IMG/VR virus record: IMGVR_UViG_3300025674_000015
Direction: 5' to 3' (one strand)
Length of the DNA: 64,000 nt
Source of the DNA: a virus
The position numbers were made by a program, and so were the translations under genes. The notes beneath the pieces were generated by a model that was given only the letters and a program-made list of their open reading frames with translations, was not told the DNA's origin and made no database searches. How positions within the stretch are numbered: the first letter of the stretch is position 1; each line of letters opens with the position of its first letter. Below are positions 18,437 to 28,656 of this stretch, in pieces.

Positions 18437-21187
18437 ATGGCAGTTAAAAAGAAAACTGACAAGAAACCTAAAACAACTTCAAAAAAACAACCAGACGGCT
18501 GGATTGCGACCAATGATTGCCGATGGCAGAAAAAGGCCAGATATTTTCAAGAGCAATGCTTCTTGGTGGATCTTTGGTCAGGAGATTCCAGTAAATTTGA
18601 AAACTATTCAACCTCCTTGAGTGGAAAAAGCAAAAAGCAGAAAATACAAATTGATCAAAACAAGCTGCATGGTTATAATAATTTTATTATTCTAGAATCT
18701 GGAGCACATGAAAAAGTTCTAGAATTGGTTATGGAAAACAAAGCAAAAGACATTCTTTCTTTTCAAAAGTTTAAGCCAGTTCACCTTTCAGCTTTGATTC
18801 CAAAACTGCGTTTATACAAAGTTTTGTATGATTCAAAAAAGAATCCTTTGATCAAAATACCTATCTTCTTTCCAACTAGTCTAGGTGTCCTTGATCCGAA
18901 AGAAGGGTCGAAAGAAGGGTCACTAGAGAAAGCTATCTTGGCCGGGGCCAGCACTGGGGGAGTTGGTTTAGAAAGTTTTAGCTGGAAGTTAAACGGTACA
19001 GATCCAGTTTCAGCAGACTTTGTTATTGAAGCTAATTTGAGTCTTTTCATGCAAAACCTAGGCGATCTTGAAACTCCACTTCCATTGGATTCTAGAACAT
19101 TGTCCAAGCTAAAAAACGCAAAGGATTTTGCAAGTTATTCTCCTAAATACAGAGATCTTCTTTTGCCTCCTGATATGGCAAAGTTTAAAACAACTTCACC
19201 CACTCCCGGTGGTAATCAAGAGCATATTCCAGATTATTTCCGGATAAAGGCCGAGGTTGGATGGAATTTGCCAACAAATCCAGAAGCTTTCTTTTCTGGT
19301 CTCTCAAAAGAAGAAGTCGAAGATTTCAAGCAAGCAGTTAATAATACTTCGATCACTTTGGATTTGAACTTGATTGATCATACCATAAACTTTGGTCAAA
19401 TGGGTGATTTAAAGATTAATATCTCTTATCATGCTGCTTTTGAAGCAAATATGTCTTCTCCAGATGCAGAACTCCTTATTGATTCAAAAATCAGAAAGGC
19501 AATCAATGAATATAACAAAGCTGAAAAAGAAGCTTTGAAAAAAATTAAAGATATCAAAAAAAGAGGTGTTTCGAAAGCTAGAAACAAATCTGAAATTGAT
19601 AAAATTGATAAAACCTTTAAAAAAGTAAAAAAAGAATTAGAAGATGCTAAAAAAGAAAGAAAGTTTCACATCTATAAGCAACTAATTCAGAATATTGAAG
19701 ACGAAGGAAGAGTATTTACTTGTCTTTATGATACAAAAGCAATTGCAGCTAAGTTTGATAATACCGGTGGAGATCCGAAACTTTTCCAAAACTTTTATTC
19801 AAAATACGCAGCAAAAATAAGAAATCAATACATCAAGTCCCTAGGAAAGCCATGGCCAAAGTTCTTGATTCAAAAAAGCAATGAAAACTTAACAGCAGTT
19901 GGCGCGCTTCAAAGAGAGAAAAGAAGAACAAAATTAAAAAAGCTTCTTGCAAGGAAAAACATCTCAGACAAACAAAAGCAAAAAATCAAAGAATCTTTGA
20001 AAAAGCTAGACATGGACAAGAACGCTAACGTGTCTGGTATAAGATGGGTTATTAAAAAAGAAAGAACTAAAGCCGGTAAAGGCAAAAAAGTTGGTCGACC
20101 CTTATATGAGTTGTCTTTTTTCTTTTTGGGTGATCTGATCAACTCTGCTTTGAAAATCGCAAAGTCAAATTCAGATGAAAACTCAAACTTTTTCGCAAAC
20201 ACAGAATTTATGTTCTCTGATGTTCAATACTTTGATCCTAGAGGCAACGGTGGTCGTGGAGCAATTGTTTCTAAAAACTTGGCAGACATTCCTATTTCTT
20301 ACTCTCTTTTTAGAGAATGGTTCAATGATAGCGTTGTCAAGAAAAACTTGAATCGTTACAAGCTTTATGATTTCTTTAAGGATTTATTCTCTGGTCTTTT
20401 GAGTGACGCTTTGGGTGGGAAATGCTACGATGGTTTGAGCTTTGGTGCGAAGCCAAACACAGTTGGTATACACCATTTTACAACAAAAGTGCCAAATAAA
20501 AAATCATCAAAAGATCCTTTGAAAAACATTGGAACTAATCCCGCTTATCTAACAGCTAGAGCTACGTATAATCGTTTAAATCTAGATTCTGGACTTATAA
20601 ACAAGTTTCATGAAAATCTAGATCAAGGTGGAACATCGAAAACAAAAAACTGGATTGTCTTTTACGTTAGTAATAATTCTGTAACAAAAAGAACAGGAAA
20701 CGTTACAGAAGATTATTTTTCGGGCATTCCACACTTCTATGTCGGCTCAGATACCGGTATTCTTAAAACAATGTCGTTTGCAAAAGAAAACTGGCAATAT
20801 TATAAAGAACTTAGATTAACTCAGAAGTCTGGTTATTCTAAGTTAGGAACGCCTTATCAAGTTAATATTACAACGTTTGGACAGCCAAACTTCAAACCGG
20901 GCCAGTACATTTATATAAACCCAAGAAGGCCCGGGATCACCAGTAATATCGGCAAAGAACTTCTTTTAGAAGGATATTACTTAATAATCTCTGTTGATTC
21001 AAATATCAGCGCTGGTTCTTTTGAGACAAAGTTTAATGCTAAATTTGAAACAACCGGCCGGGATCTTAAAACAATTGTCTACAATAGCAAGAACACTGAA
21101 GTTCCGGATATAAAAAGACAAAAGAAAACAGTATCACAAGTGCAAAGAAAGAAAACAACAAAAGTTCAAAAAGCTAAAAAGAAATAA
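18437..21187 (+). CDS. Large baseplate hub-like protein
   Basis: ATG at 18437 after GGAG; C-terminal FGQPNFKPGQYIYI...GYYLI.SV...FETK hub-type motif. Confidence 0.55.
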   Translation: MAVKKKTDKKPKTTSKKQPDGWIATNDCRWQKKARYFQEQCFLVDLWSGDSSKFENYSTSLSGKSKKQKIQIDQNKLHGYNNFIILESGAHEKVLELVMENKAKDILSFQKFKPVHLSALIPKLRLYKVLYDSKKNPLIKIPIFFPTSLGVLDPKEGSKEGSLEKAILAGASTGGVGLESFSWKLNGTDPVSADFVIEANLSLFMQNLGDLETPLPLDSRTLSKLKNAKDFASYSPKYRDLLLPPDMAKFKTTSPTPGGNQEHIPDYFRIKAEVGWNLPTNPEAFFSGLSKEEVEDFKQAVNNTSITLDLNLIDHTINFGQMGDLKINISYHAAFEANMSSPDAELLIDSKIRKAINEYNKAEKEALKKIKDIKKRGVSKARNKSEIDKIDKTFKKVKKELEDAKKERKFHIYKQLIQNIEDEGRVFTCLYDTKAIAAKFDNTGGDPKLFQNFYSKYAAKIRNQYIKSLGKPWPKFLIQKSNENLTAVGALQREKRRTKLKKLLARKNISDKQKQKIKESLKKLDMDKNANVSGIRWVIKKERTKAGKGKKVGRPLYELSFFFLGDLINSALKIAKSNSDENSNFFANTEFMFSDVQYFDPRGNGGRGAIVSKNLADIPISYSLFREWFNDSVVKKNLNRYKLYDFFKDLFSGLLSDALGGKCYDGLSFGAKPNTVGIHHFTTKVPNKKSSKDPLKNIGTNPAYLTARATYNRLNLDSGLINKFHENLDQGGTSKTKNWIVFYVSNNSVTKRTGNVTEDYFSGIPHFYVGSDTGILKTMSFAKENWQYYKELRLTQKSGYSKLGTPYQVNITTFGQPNFKPGQYIYINPRRPGITSNIGKELLLEGYYLIISVDSNISAGSFETKFNAKFETTGRDLKTIVYNSKNTEVPDIKRQKKTVSQVQRKKTTKVQKAKKK

Positions 21188-21199
21188 TCGGAGTAGCAC

Positions 21200-22489
21200 A
21201 TGTCAATCAATGAAGACTTCATTATTGAAAACCTAACATCAGAAAATGGCGCATCATCCGAAGATTACTTTGATGGTAGGTCAGTTTACAAAGCAGTCGC
21301 ATATCAAGATGTGTCAATTGATGTTATAGATACTTGGGAAAAAAAGCCTTTTTATGGTTTGGTCAATGAAGATCATAATCCAATTTTGTTAAAAAGTCAA
21401 GAAAAACTTCAAGAAATCTCAGATGATGTATTTTGTTTGGATTTTGTGGCTTTGGCTTATAACGCTCTTAGAACCAACTGGCTTAATTTATTAAGGGCTG
21501 GTAGAGTATCTGATGAATCTAATTTTACAGAATTGATTCCTTTTAAAGCTTATGAAGAAATAAAACAAGATTATGAAGAATATTTAAATATCAATTTAGA
21601 AGAATATATAAATTATATTAAAGATAATATTAATATTAATTTTAGTATTAATAATTTTAAATTCTTTATTAATTCTTTTAAAGAATTTTTAAAAGGTAAT
21701 AATAAACCTTTTACTTTATCTTCTTTAATTCTTTCTAATTCTTTTTCTCAATTGAATTCTGGATTGGCTATTGAGATCTTTGAATTGGATTATTCAGATG
21801 ATCAAAGAAAATATGAAGAAGTGATCTTAGATCCTAACTTTGAATATTTCTGTTATCTAGCCAGAGACTATGGATTCAGAGTAGATAAGAATATTCCAAA
21901 CAGAATTGTGGCAGATATTGGATCTCCTGAAATGCAGGAGTACATGAAGAAAGTAGGAATATCAGGAGAAACAGATTCTGTTCTTAAATCAAACTTTTTC
22001 AAAGAATATTATGATCTTGCTTATCTTGTTGAATACCCCATTATAAGGGATGCCATGCTGGAAGCTTACAATGAACTTGCAGATTCAGAACCGATTGTTG
22101 TGAAAAAAACATTTGACATTCAAGATAAATTTGGTAGAATGTGTAAAGCAAATAGGGCAATTCGAAGAAGATCAATGTCAAAAGATGTTTTTAACTTTGG
22201 GTATGGGGACAAATACTTTATTCAAATCTACGCTGAAATCAAAAACGCAGAGATTCCAGACAAGAAAGAAAAGATGAAACTAGCTGAACTTAAAAAGAAA
22301 TTGATTACACTCACTAAAAACAGAAAAAAAGAACTTGACATTGAAAGAGCCCTAAGCTATACTAACAGAGCATTTAAAAAATGTTTAGCTTTCAACTATG
22401 ATCCAAACAGGGTCTTAACACACAGACAACTTAGGCTTCTGGAGGAAGAGTATGAAGACTTCTTCGAGGAGGAAAGAGAAGATGAATGA
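21200..22489 (+). CDS. Hypothetical protein
   Basis: 429 aa ORF with SD; contains very AT-rich tract. Confidence 0.6.
   Translation: MSINEDFIIENLTSENGASSEDYFDGRSVYKAVAYQDVSIDVIDTWEKKPFYGLVNEDHNPILLKSQEKLQEISDDVFCLDFVALAYNALRTNWLNLLRAGRVSDESNFTELIPFKAYEEIKQDYEEYLNINLEEYINYIKDNININFSINNFKFFINSFKEFLKGNNKPFTLSSLILSNSFSQLNSGLAIEIFELDYSDDQRKYEEVILDPNFEYFCYLARDYGFRVDKNIPNRIVADIGSPEMQEYMKKVGISGETDSVLKSNFFKEYYDLAYLVEYPIIRDAMLEAYNELADSEPIVVKKTFDIQDKFGRMCKANRAIRRRSMSKDVFNFGYGDKYFIQIYAEIKNAEIPDKKEKMKLAELKKKLITLTKNRKKELDIERALSYTNRAFKKCLAFNYDPNRVLTHRQLRLLEEEYEDFFEEEREDE
22335..22363 (+). promoter_or_regulatory. Sigma70-type promoter
   Basis: TTGACA-N17-TATACT upstream of the polA-like gene. Confidence 0.65.
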
Positions 22490-23658
22490 TGTTCCAAACT
22501 TTTCAAAATCAAATGTTCTTCAAAGACAAATTCGTTCCATTCGAACTTTCATCAATCACAACCAAAACATGGGGATACAACAAAAAGTTTAAAGGAAATA
22601 AAGTAGATTGTGCAGCTATCTGGGCTTCTGGTCAAAGCCCAGAAGAAGCTTGTCCTGAGACAATGCTGCAATCTTGGAAAAAAAGCAAAACGAAAATTGA
22701 AAGTATTTTGAAGTCTTATGTGAAAGTTGGAATCAATCCTTCAGATATCAATCTGAAATTAGCTGTCCCTGAAAGTATTTTAAAGAATTATTTTTGTTCT
22801 CTCGACAAGATCACTGAACATGTTTTCTTGTCTTATGAAAAGCCTTTGAATTATGATTTTATGTTTGATTTGCATTGGCTGGTCGCAGAAATTGCTGAAC
22901 AGCATCTTAACTTTGATCTTTCTTTGATCCAAAGAAAAAGGTTCAACACTTATTTCAAAAGAGTTGGAGACAACATTAAACTTGGAAAAACCAAAGTTAA
23001 ATACAATCCTTATGGATCTGTCACAGGACGATTTGGATTGAAACAAGGTTCTTTTCCAATCATGAACTTGCCGAAAGAAGCAAGGTCTTCTATCATCCCA
23101 AACAACGATGCTTTTATTGAGCTAGACTTTAATGGAGCCGAGCTTCGCACTTTTCTACATTTGGCCGGCGAGGATCAGCCGGAAGGTGATCTTCATCAAT
23201 GGATTTCAGATTCGATCTTCAAGGGCGAACTGAATCGTGAAAAAACAAAACAAAAAGTGTTTTCATGGTTGTATGATCCAAACAAAAATGAAAAAGAACT
23301 AGAGAAAGTCTTTAAAAGAGGGGAAGTTCTGCAAAAGCATTTCGATGGTTGTTTTGTTTCCACACCCTTTGGAAGAAAAATCAAATCTGATGATTATCAT
23401 GCTTTGAATTATCTTATTCAATCAACTTCTTCAGACCTTTTTCTTCGACAAGTGATCAAGATCTTCAAGATGCTGGACGGTAAAAAATCAAAAATTGCTT
23501 TTACAATCCACGACTCCGTTGTTCTCGATTTTGCAAAAGAAGATCAAAATCTTTTGAAAGATTTGATCCAAGCGTTCAAAGAAACCAATTTTGGAATATT
23601 TAAAGTAAACATATCAGGAGGTAAGAATTTCGGTGAAATGAAAAATATTCCATTATAG
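22486..23658 (+). CDS. Family A DNA polymerase, polymerase domain only
   Basis: VTGRF, motif A LDFNGAELR, motif B REKTKQKVFSWLY, NYLIQST, motif C IHDS. Confidence 0.85.
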   Translation: MMFQTFQNQMFFKDKFVPFELSSITTKTWGYNKKFKGNKVDCAAIWASGQSPEEACPETMLQSWKKSKTKIESILKSYVKVGINPSDINLKLAVPESILKNYFCSLDKITEHVFLSYEKPLNYDFMFDLHWLVAEIAEQHLNFDLSLIQRKRFNTYFKRVGDNIKLGKTKVKYNPYGSVTGRFGLKQGSFPIMNLPKEARSSIIPNNDAFIELDFNGAELRTFLHLAGEDQPEGDLHQWISDSIFKGELNREKTKQKVFSWLYDPNKNEKELEKVFKRGEVLQKHFDGCFVSTPFGRKIKSDDYHALNYLIQSTSSDLFLRQVIKIFKMLDGKKSKIAFTIHDSVVLDFAKEDQNLLKDLIQAFKETNFGIFKVNISGGKNFGEMKNIPL

Positions 23659-23669
23659 GAGGGTTCAAA

Positions 23670-24308
23670 ATGCCAAAGTTGTTCAATCTTTCAAGAGTTC
23701 GTTGGAAATTAGAAAAGTTTATTATGGATGACATCCCAAACTTTGAGATCTTGTCGAAAAAAGAATCTTTTTTGATGAAAATGCTTTCTTTTGTTCTTTT
23801 TTTCAATCCATTGTTTATGAGTTCTTATGTTTCTGTGATTTATCCAAAGCTTTACGTACCCAGTCACCCATGGAAAGAAGATGATCACTATTCAGCTGTT
23901 TTGGTGCTTGCTCACGAGTGGGTCCATTTGAGCGATAGGAAGCGTTTTGGGCTTCTATTCGACATTGGATACCTTTTTCCACAATGCCTAGTCTTCCTGA
24001 GCCTCCTAGCCCCCTTCCTGAGTTGGTGGTGGCTTCTTTGTTTGTTGTTTTTGCTTCCTATTCCTTCTTTGACCCGCGCATGGTTGGAATACAGAGCTTA
24101 TTCGGTGACAATGGCTTGCATGTGGTGGTTAAATGAGATTGAAGCCAATTATTATTGGATTGAAATTCAATTTACCGGAAGATGGTACTATTTTATGTGG
24201 CCTTTCAAGGGAATCATCCGAAAAATGTATGAAAGAAAGCTGGAAATGATTAAAAAAGACCAACTAACCTCTCAAGAAAGAAAAATCAAAGAAATCATCT
24301 TTTCGTAG
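23670..24308 (+). CDS. Putative membrane-associated zinc metallopeptidase
   Basis: LAHEWVH plus downstream LEYRAY; hydrophobic hairpin. Confidence 0.6.
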   Translation: MPKLFNLSRVRWKLEKFIMDDIPNFEILSKKESFLMKMLSFVLFFNPLFMSSYVSVIYPKLYVPSHPWKEDDHYSAVLVLAHEWVHLSDRKRFGLLFDIGYLFPQCLVFLSLLAPFLSWWWLLCLLFLLPIPSLTRAWLEYRAYSVTMACMWWLNEIEANYYWIEIQFTGRWYYFMWPFKGIIRKMYERKLEMIKKDQLTSQERKIKEIIFS

Positions 24309-24343
24309 CTATTTATTTATGTGTCAATTTGAAAGGAGTTGAT

Positions 24344-24646
24344 ATGTCAAAAAATAAATACAGCAATCTCTCTTCTCGGCTTTCAGCCTCGGTAGAGAAT
24401 GCGAAAGATATACTTTCTATGAGAAATCCTTGGATTGTGAATGACTTTGATACAGAATCTAGCAATGTCCACATGAATGACGAAGAAATTTATTATATTG
24501 CGGTTTTTGTTGCCGATTTGAAAACTTTGAAAGAACAAAGATCTGTTTTTGATATTGTTCATTTAAAATGTGATGATGATACCGTAGCGCGTTTCAAAAC
24601 GCTTTTCTCAAATGAGAATTTAAACAAAATTATGTTTTCTTGTTGA
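24344..24646 (+). CDS. Hypothetical protein
   Basis: AAGGAG SD; preceded by late-type motif CTATTTA at 24309. Confidence 0.55.
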   Translation: MSKNKYSNLSSRLSASVENAKDILSMRNPWIVNDFDTESSNVHMNDEEIYYIAVFVADLKTLKEQRSVFDIVHLKCDDDTVARFKTLFSNENLNKIMFSC

Positions 24647-24658
24647 TCAGGAGGATCG

Positions 24659-25492
24659 ATGAACGTTGTCGGCCTAGGCAAGACTGCTTGCAACATTGCA
24701 AAAGAATTCCAAAAATACCCTCAATACAAAACTTTCTTTTTGAATTCAGAGAAGCTAGAAGAAAACAATTTCTTTCTTATTCCTAAACAAGATTCCCATG
24801 AGCTTTATGAAGAAAGATGCCCGGATTTGTCTTCCTTTTCTTCAAAGGTTGATGATGATGTTATTTTTATTGTGAATGGTGGAGGAACCATCACAGGATC
24901 TGTTTTAAGGATCTTGGAAAAGATCAAAGACAAAAAGATAACAATCATCTTTTTGAAGCCTGAAGAAGCTTCTTTGACTTCTTTGAGAAAAACTCAAAAT
25001 AAAGTTGTCTTCAATATTCTACAAGAATACACTAGATCTGGCTTGTTTGAGAGGATGTTTATTCTAGAATTAGATAAAGTAGAAGAAACAGTCACAGGAA
25101 TTACGATCTTGAACAGGATCAAAAAGATCAACGAGTTTATTTGTGATCTGATCCATACTGTGAACATATTCGAAAACACATCAGCAATCTTTGAAACGCC
25201 AAAAGAGAATGTTGACTTTTCAAGGATCTATTCTATTGGTATATACGATTTTGAAAATAATTTAGAGAAAATGTTTTTTTCTCTTGACACTCCGAAAGAA
25301 TTTTGCTATTATTACAACATTCCAATGAAAACGTTGGAAGAAGACACTGAAATATTCAAAAGGATCACAAACAGAATGAAAGAAAAGACAAAAGAAAAAG
25401 AATGCCACATTTCCTATTCCATCTATGGAACTCACCACCAACAGATATACTCTTATGTTATATCCAATTCTCACTTAATTCAAAAATTTTAA
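24659..25492 (+). CDS. Tubulin/FtsZ-family (PhuZ-like) protein, divergent
   Basis: VVGLGKTACNIA N-terminus; GGGTITGS signature variant; LKPEE. Confidence 0.7.
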   Translation: MNVVGLGKTACNIAKEFQKYPQYKTFFLNSEKLEENNFFLIPKQDSHELYEERCPDLSSFSSKVDDDVIFIVNGGGTITGSVLRILEKIKDKKITIIFLKPEEASLTSLRKTQNKVVFNILQEYTRSGLFERMFILELDKVEETVTGITILNRIKKINEFICDLIHTVNIFENTSAIFETPKENVDFSRIYSIGIYDFENNLEKMFFSLDTPKEFCYYYNIPMKTLEEDTEIFKRITNRMKEKTKEKECHISYSIYGTHHQQIYSYVISNSHLIQKF

Positions 25493-25500
25493 AATAGTTC

Positions 25501-25529
25501 TTGACTTTCTGATTCAGATCGAATACAAT
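25501..25529 (+). promoter_or_regulatory. Sigma70-type promoter
   Basis: TTGACT-N17-TACAAT. Confidence 0.65.
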
Positions 25530-25551
25530 TTAAAACATCAAAGGAAAGCAA

Positions 25552-26217
25552 ATGAAAAAGATTATCATCTCTTTGGATTGTCCACTGCAAAAAGCAGTTA
25601 AAATCATGAAGCAAACAGGCGAAATGGAACAAGTTTATGGATATAAGATTGGATTTCATCTTGTTTTTACATTTGGTTTGATTCGTTGTGTGAATGAGGT
25701 AAAGTTCAGAGCGCCAAACAAGAAAGTGATCTATGATCATCAAAAAGGAGGAAACGACATCCCACAAATGGGAATGAACTTTGCTTCTGCTATGAAAATG
25801 GCCGGCGTTGATGAAGCGATTCTGTTTCCTTTTGCCGGCCCTGACTCTTTGGATTTTTGGTTGAAAGAATTGAAAAAAAGAAACATTGAAACAATTGTTG
25901 GTGGTAAGATGACCCATCAAGGGTTTTCGAAAGAAGAAGGAGGTTTCTTTTCTGATGAAGATTCTTTGAAGATTTACAAGCAAGCTGCTGATTTTGGAGT
26001 GAATAGGTTTGTGCTTCCTCCTAATAAACACGACTTTTATGAAAAAGTTTCAAGTCATGTTGAAGGGAACAAGATTATCTATTCTCCCGGATTTGGAGCG
26101 CAAGGTTGCGAGGATAACTCTTATACAGATTATCCTATTATTGGAAGAAGCATTTATAACTCAGAAGATCCAAAAGAAAGTGTTTTGGAATGGTATGAAA
26201 AACTTTGTAAGGAATAA
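25552..26217 (+). CDS. pyrF: Orotidine-5'-phosphate decarboxylase
   Basis: IISLD, GYKIG, YDHQKGGNDIP, SPGFGAQG, IIGRSIY. Confidence 0.85.
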   Translation: MKKIIISLDCPLQKAVKIMKQTGEMEQVYGYKIGFHLVFTFGLIRCVNEVKFRAPNKKVIYDHQKGGNDIPQMGMNFASAMKMAGVDEAILFPFAGPDSLDFWLKELKKRNIETIVGGKMTHQGFSKEEGGFFSDEDSLKIYKQAADFGVNRFVLPPNKHDFYEKVSSHVEGNKIIYSPGFGAQGCEDNSYTDYPIIGRSIYNSEDPKESVLEWYEKLCKE

Positions 26218-26232
26218 ACTTAGGAGAGTAAA

Positions 26233-26484
26233 ATGAAGTTCAATGTTTATCACGGTTCGTTTAAAAAGAAAGATGGTTCTATTCGAAGTATGAGGTTTGT
26301 GAAGCTGGATGAGATTCCAAAAGAAGCTCTTCCCGAAGGGAAAGGCGGAAAGAAAGCAAAGCTCCAAGAAGGAATGGAGTTGGTTTGGGATATTGAGAAC
26401 AATGGATACAGAGTGGTTAATCACAATACTCTATTGGGTGAATTGGTTTCTTATCATATGTCTGGAAATTTGAATTTGAAATAA
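26233..26484 (+). CDS. Small SH3-like hypothetical protein
   Basis: FKKKDGSIRSM...LVWDIE.NGYR. Confidence 0.55.
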   Translation: MKFNVYHGSFKKKDGSIRSMRFVKLDEIPKEALPEGKGGKKAKLQEGMELVWDIENNGYRVVNHNTLLGELVSYHMSGNLNLK

Positions 26485-26498
26485 TTTGAAAAAAGTTC

Positions 26499-26527
26499 TT
26501 GACTTTTTGAATTCGTTTTGATATGAT
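26499..26527 (+). promoter_or_regulatory. Sigma70-type promoter
   Basis: A-tract, TTGACT-N17-TATGAT. Confidence 0.7.
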
Positions 26528-26570
26528 ATTACACAAGCTCGAAGCTGTTAACAACACAAAGGAGAAAACA

Positions 26571-27302
26571 ATGGCTATTGACATGAAAAAAATGAGAGAA
26601 AAGTACAACCGTCTGAAAAACAAAGGAGGCGGTAAAGACAATCTTTTCTGGAAACCGGAAGATGGAGAGCAAACCATTCGTATTCTGCCCACTTCGGATG
26701 GCGATCCGTTCAAAGAGTTTTGGTTCTATTACGGACTGGACAAAGCTCCGACTCTTTGCCCGAAGCGTAACTTTGGTGATGAGTCCCCTGTTTTGGACTT
26801 TGCTTCCGAACTTTATCGCGAAGGCACTCCGGAGTCTATTGAAATGGCTAAGAAGCTGTTTCCAAAGCAAAGGTTCTTCTCGCCTGTCCTCGTTCGAGGA
26901 AAAGAAGAAGAAGGTGTGAAAATTTGGGGTTACTCCAAAACTGTTTATGAGCAACTGCTTCAATTGGTTTTGAACCCCGACTACGGTGATATTACCGATA
27001 CTGACACTGGAACTGACTTGGTTCTTGCTTATGGTAAAGCGCCGGGAGCAATGTTCCCCTCTACCACTCTTACTCCGAAGCGTCGAGCTTCGAAAGCATG
27101 CGAAGATGGTGATGAGGAATGCGCTCAACTTCTGGAAGCTATTCCGGACTTTGATGGCCTTTTCGAAAGAAAAACCACACAAGATGTTCAAGCACTGCTT
27201 GATAGATATCTTGCTGGTGGTGACAAAGACGAAGTTGAGAAATACTCTTCTAATGTTGAAGACAAAGTTGGAAAGGCTTTCAACGAACTTCTTGGAGGTT
27301 GA
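26571..27302 (+). CDS. Single-stranded DNA-binding protein (gp32-like)
   Basis: FWKP..G.QTIRILP, CPK, GVKIWGY.K.VY, DYGDITD; adjacent to RecA. Confidence 0.85.
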   Translation: MAIDMKKMREKYNRLKNKGGGKDNLFWKPEDGEQTIRILPTSDGDPFKEFWFYYGLDKAPTLCPKRNFGDESPVLDFASELYREGTPESIEMAKKLFPKQRFFSPVLVRGKEEEGVKIWGYSKTVYEQLLQLVLNPDYGDITDTDTGTDLVLAYGKAPGAMFPSTTLTPKRRASKACEDGDEECAQLLEAIPDFDGLFERKTTQDVQALLDRYLAGGDKDEVEKYSSNVEDKVGKAFNELLGG

Positions 27303-27305
27303 TAA

Positions 27306-28388
27306 ATGACCGCTGGCAAAGTAGACATGGATGTGTACCGCAAGCTGCTGAATAAAAAGGTGGGCATGACGGTTGCACACAACCTCAACAAAGAAAATCC
27401 AACAGAAGTCAAAGAATGGATTCCCACCGGCTCACGCTGGTTGGACTCTATCATTTGCAGAGGCCAATTGGCTGGCATTCCTGTTGGAAAAATCACGGAG
27501 ATTGCAGGACTTGAAGCTAGTGGGAAAAGCTTCATGGCTGCACAAATTGCTGGTAACGCACAAAAGATGGGCATTAGAGTTGCTTACTTTGACGCTGAAT
27601 CAGCAATTGATCCTACTTTCTTGGCAAAAGCTGGTTGCAATGTTGATGACTTGCTTTATGTCCAAGCAGCATCTGTTGAAAAAGTATTCGAAATGATTGA
27701 AACTCTTTTGGCAGATGAAGAGAAATGGCTGTTTATTTGGGATTCCCTAGCGCACACTCCTGCGGAGAAAGATGTTGAAGGTGACTTCAACCCTCAATCT
27801 TCTATGGCAATGAAAGCTAGGATTCTTTCCAAAGCCTTCTCTAAGGTGACGATTCCTTTGGCAAATACACAATCAACTTTCTTGATTGTTAATCAGCTTA
27901 AAACGAATATCACCAGTAATATTGCAGAAGCTTTGACTACTCCTTATTTCACACCGGGAGGTAAAGCTGCTCATTACACCTATTCTTTGAGAATCTGGCT
28001 TACCGCCAGAAAAGCAAAGGCTGCTTACATTTTGGACTCCAATGGGGTCAGGATTGGTTCCGAAGTGAAAGTCAAACTTGAAAAGTCTCGCTTTGGCTCC
28101 GCCGGAAGGACTTGCAACTTTAAGTTGCTTTGGGGTCAGCAAGTGGGAATTCAAGATGAGGAAAGTTGGCTTGATGCCATCAGAGGCTCTGAAAGGTTGA
28201 AAACCGCAGGGGCTTGGTACACTCTAACTTCGAAAGAAGGAAGAGAGTTTAAGTTTCAATTGAAACAGTGGGTCGAGAAACTTCAAGACCCAGAGTTTAG
28301 ACAAGTTATCTTTGACGTTATGGATGAGCATGTAATCTATAAGCCAGCCGAAGATAACGAAGACGCATTACAAACACAGGAGGATTAA
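27306..28388 (+). CDS. RecA/UvsX recombinase
   Basis: IPTGS..LD, GLEASGKS Walker A, YFDAE, IWDS, NQL, TPGG. Confidence 0.95.
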   Translation: MTAGKVDMDVYRKLLNKKVGMTVAHNLNKENPTEVKEWIPTGSRWLDSIICRGQLAGIPVGKITEIAGLEASGKSFMAAQIAGNAQKMGIRVAYFDAESAIDPTFLAKAGCNVDDLLYVQAASVEKVFEMIETLLADEEKWLFIWDSLAHTPAEKDVEGDFNPQSSMAMKARILSKAFSKVTIPLANTQSTFLIVNQLKTNITSNIAEALTTPYFTPGGKAAHYTYSLRIWLTARKAKAAYILDSNGVRIGSEVKVKLEKSRFGSAGRTCNFKLLWGQQVGIQDEESWLDAIRGSERLKTAGAWYTLTSKEGREFKFQLKQWVEKLQDPEFRQVIFDVMDEHVIYKPAEDNEDALQTQED

Positions 28389-28389
28389 A

Positions 28390-28620
28390 ATGCGAAGTAA
28401 AAACCCATATGAATTGAGATTTGATATCTTTCATGCTGCCCAGAGCAGGAAAATGGATCAATATTACGAAAGTATGACTGACTACCGTCAAGCGTGGAAC
28501 CTTTCTCAAGAAGGCCGTTCGGTCGATGTTCCAGTCCGTCCAGAATTTCCCACCTTGGACGAAGTCTTCAACGAAGCTTATCGCATCAAAGCTTTTGTAG
28601 AAGAGCGCGAAGATAACTAA
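28390..28620 (+). CDS. Hypothetical protein
   Basis: GGAGG SD; KNPYELRFDI...FPT.DEV. Confidence 0.6.
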   Translation: MRSKNPYELRFDIFHAAQSRKMDQYYESMTDYRQAWNLSQEGRSVDVPVRPEFPTLDEVFNEAYRIKAFVEEREDN

Positions 28621-28634
28621 TATCTTCCAAACCT

Positions 28635-28656
28635 GAAGCCCGAAAGGGCTTCTTTT
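28635..28656 (+). terminator. Rho-independent terminator
   Basis: GAAGCCC-GAAA-GGGCTTC followed by TTTT. Confidence 0.75.
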
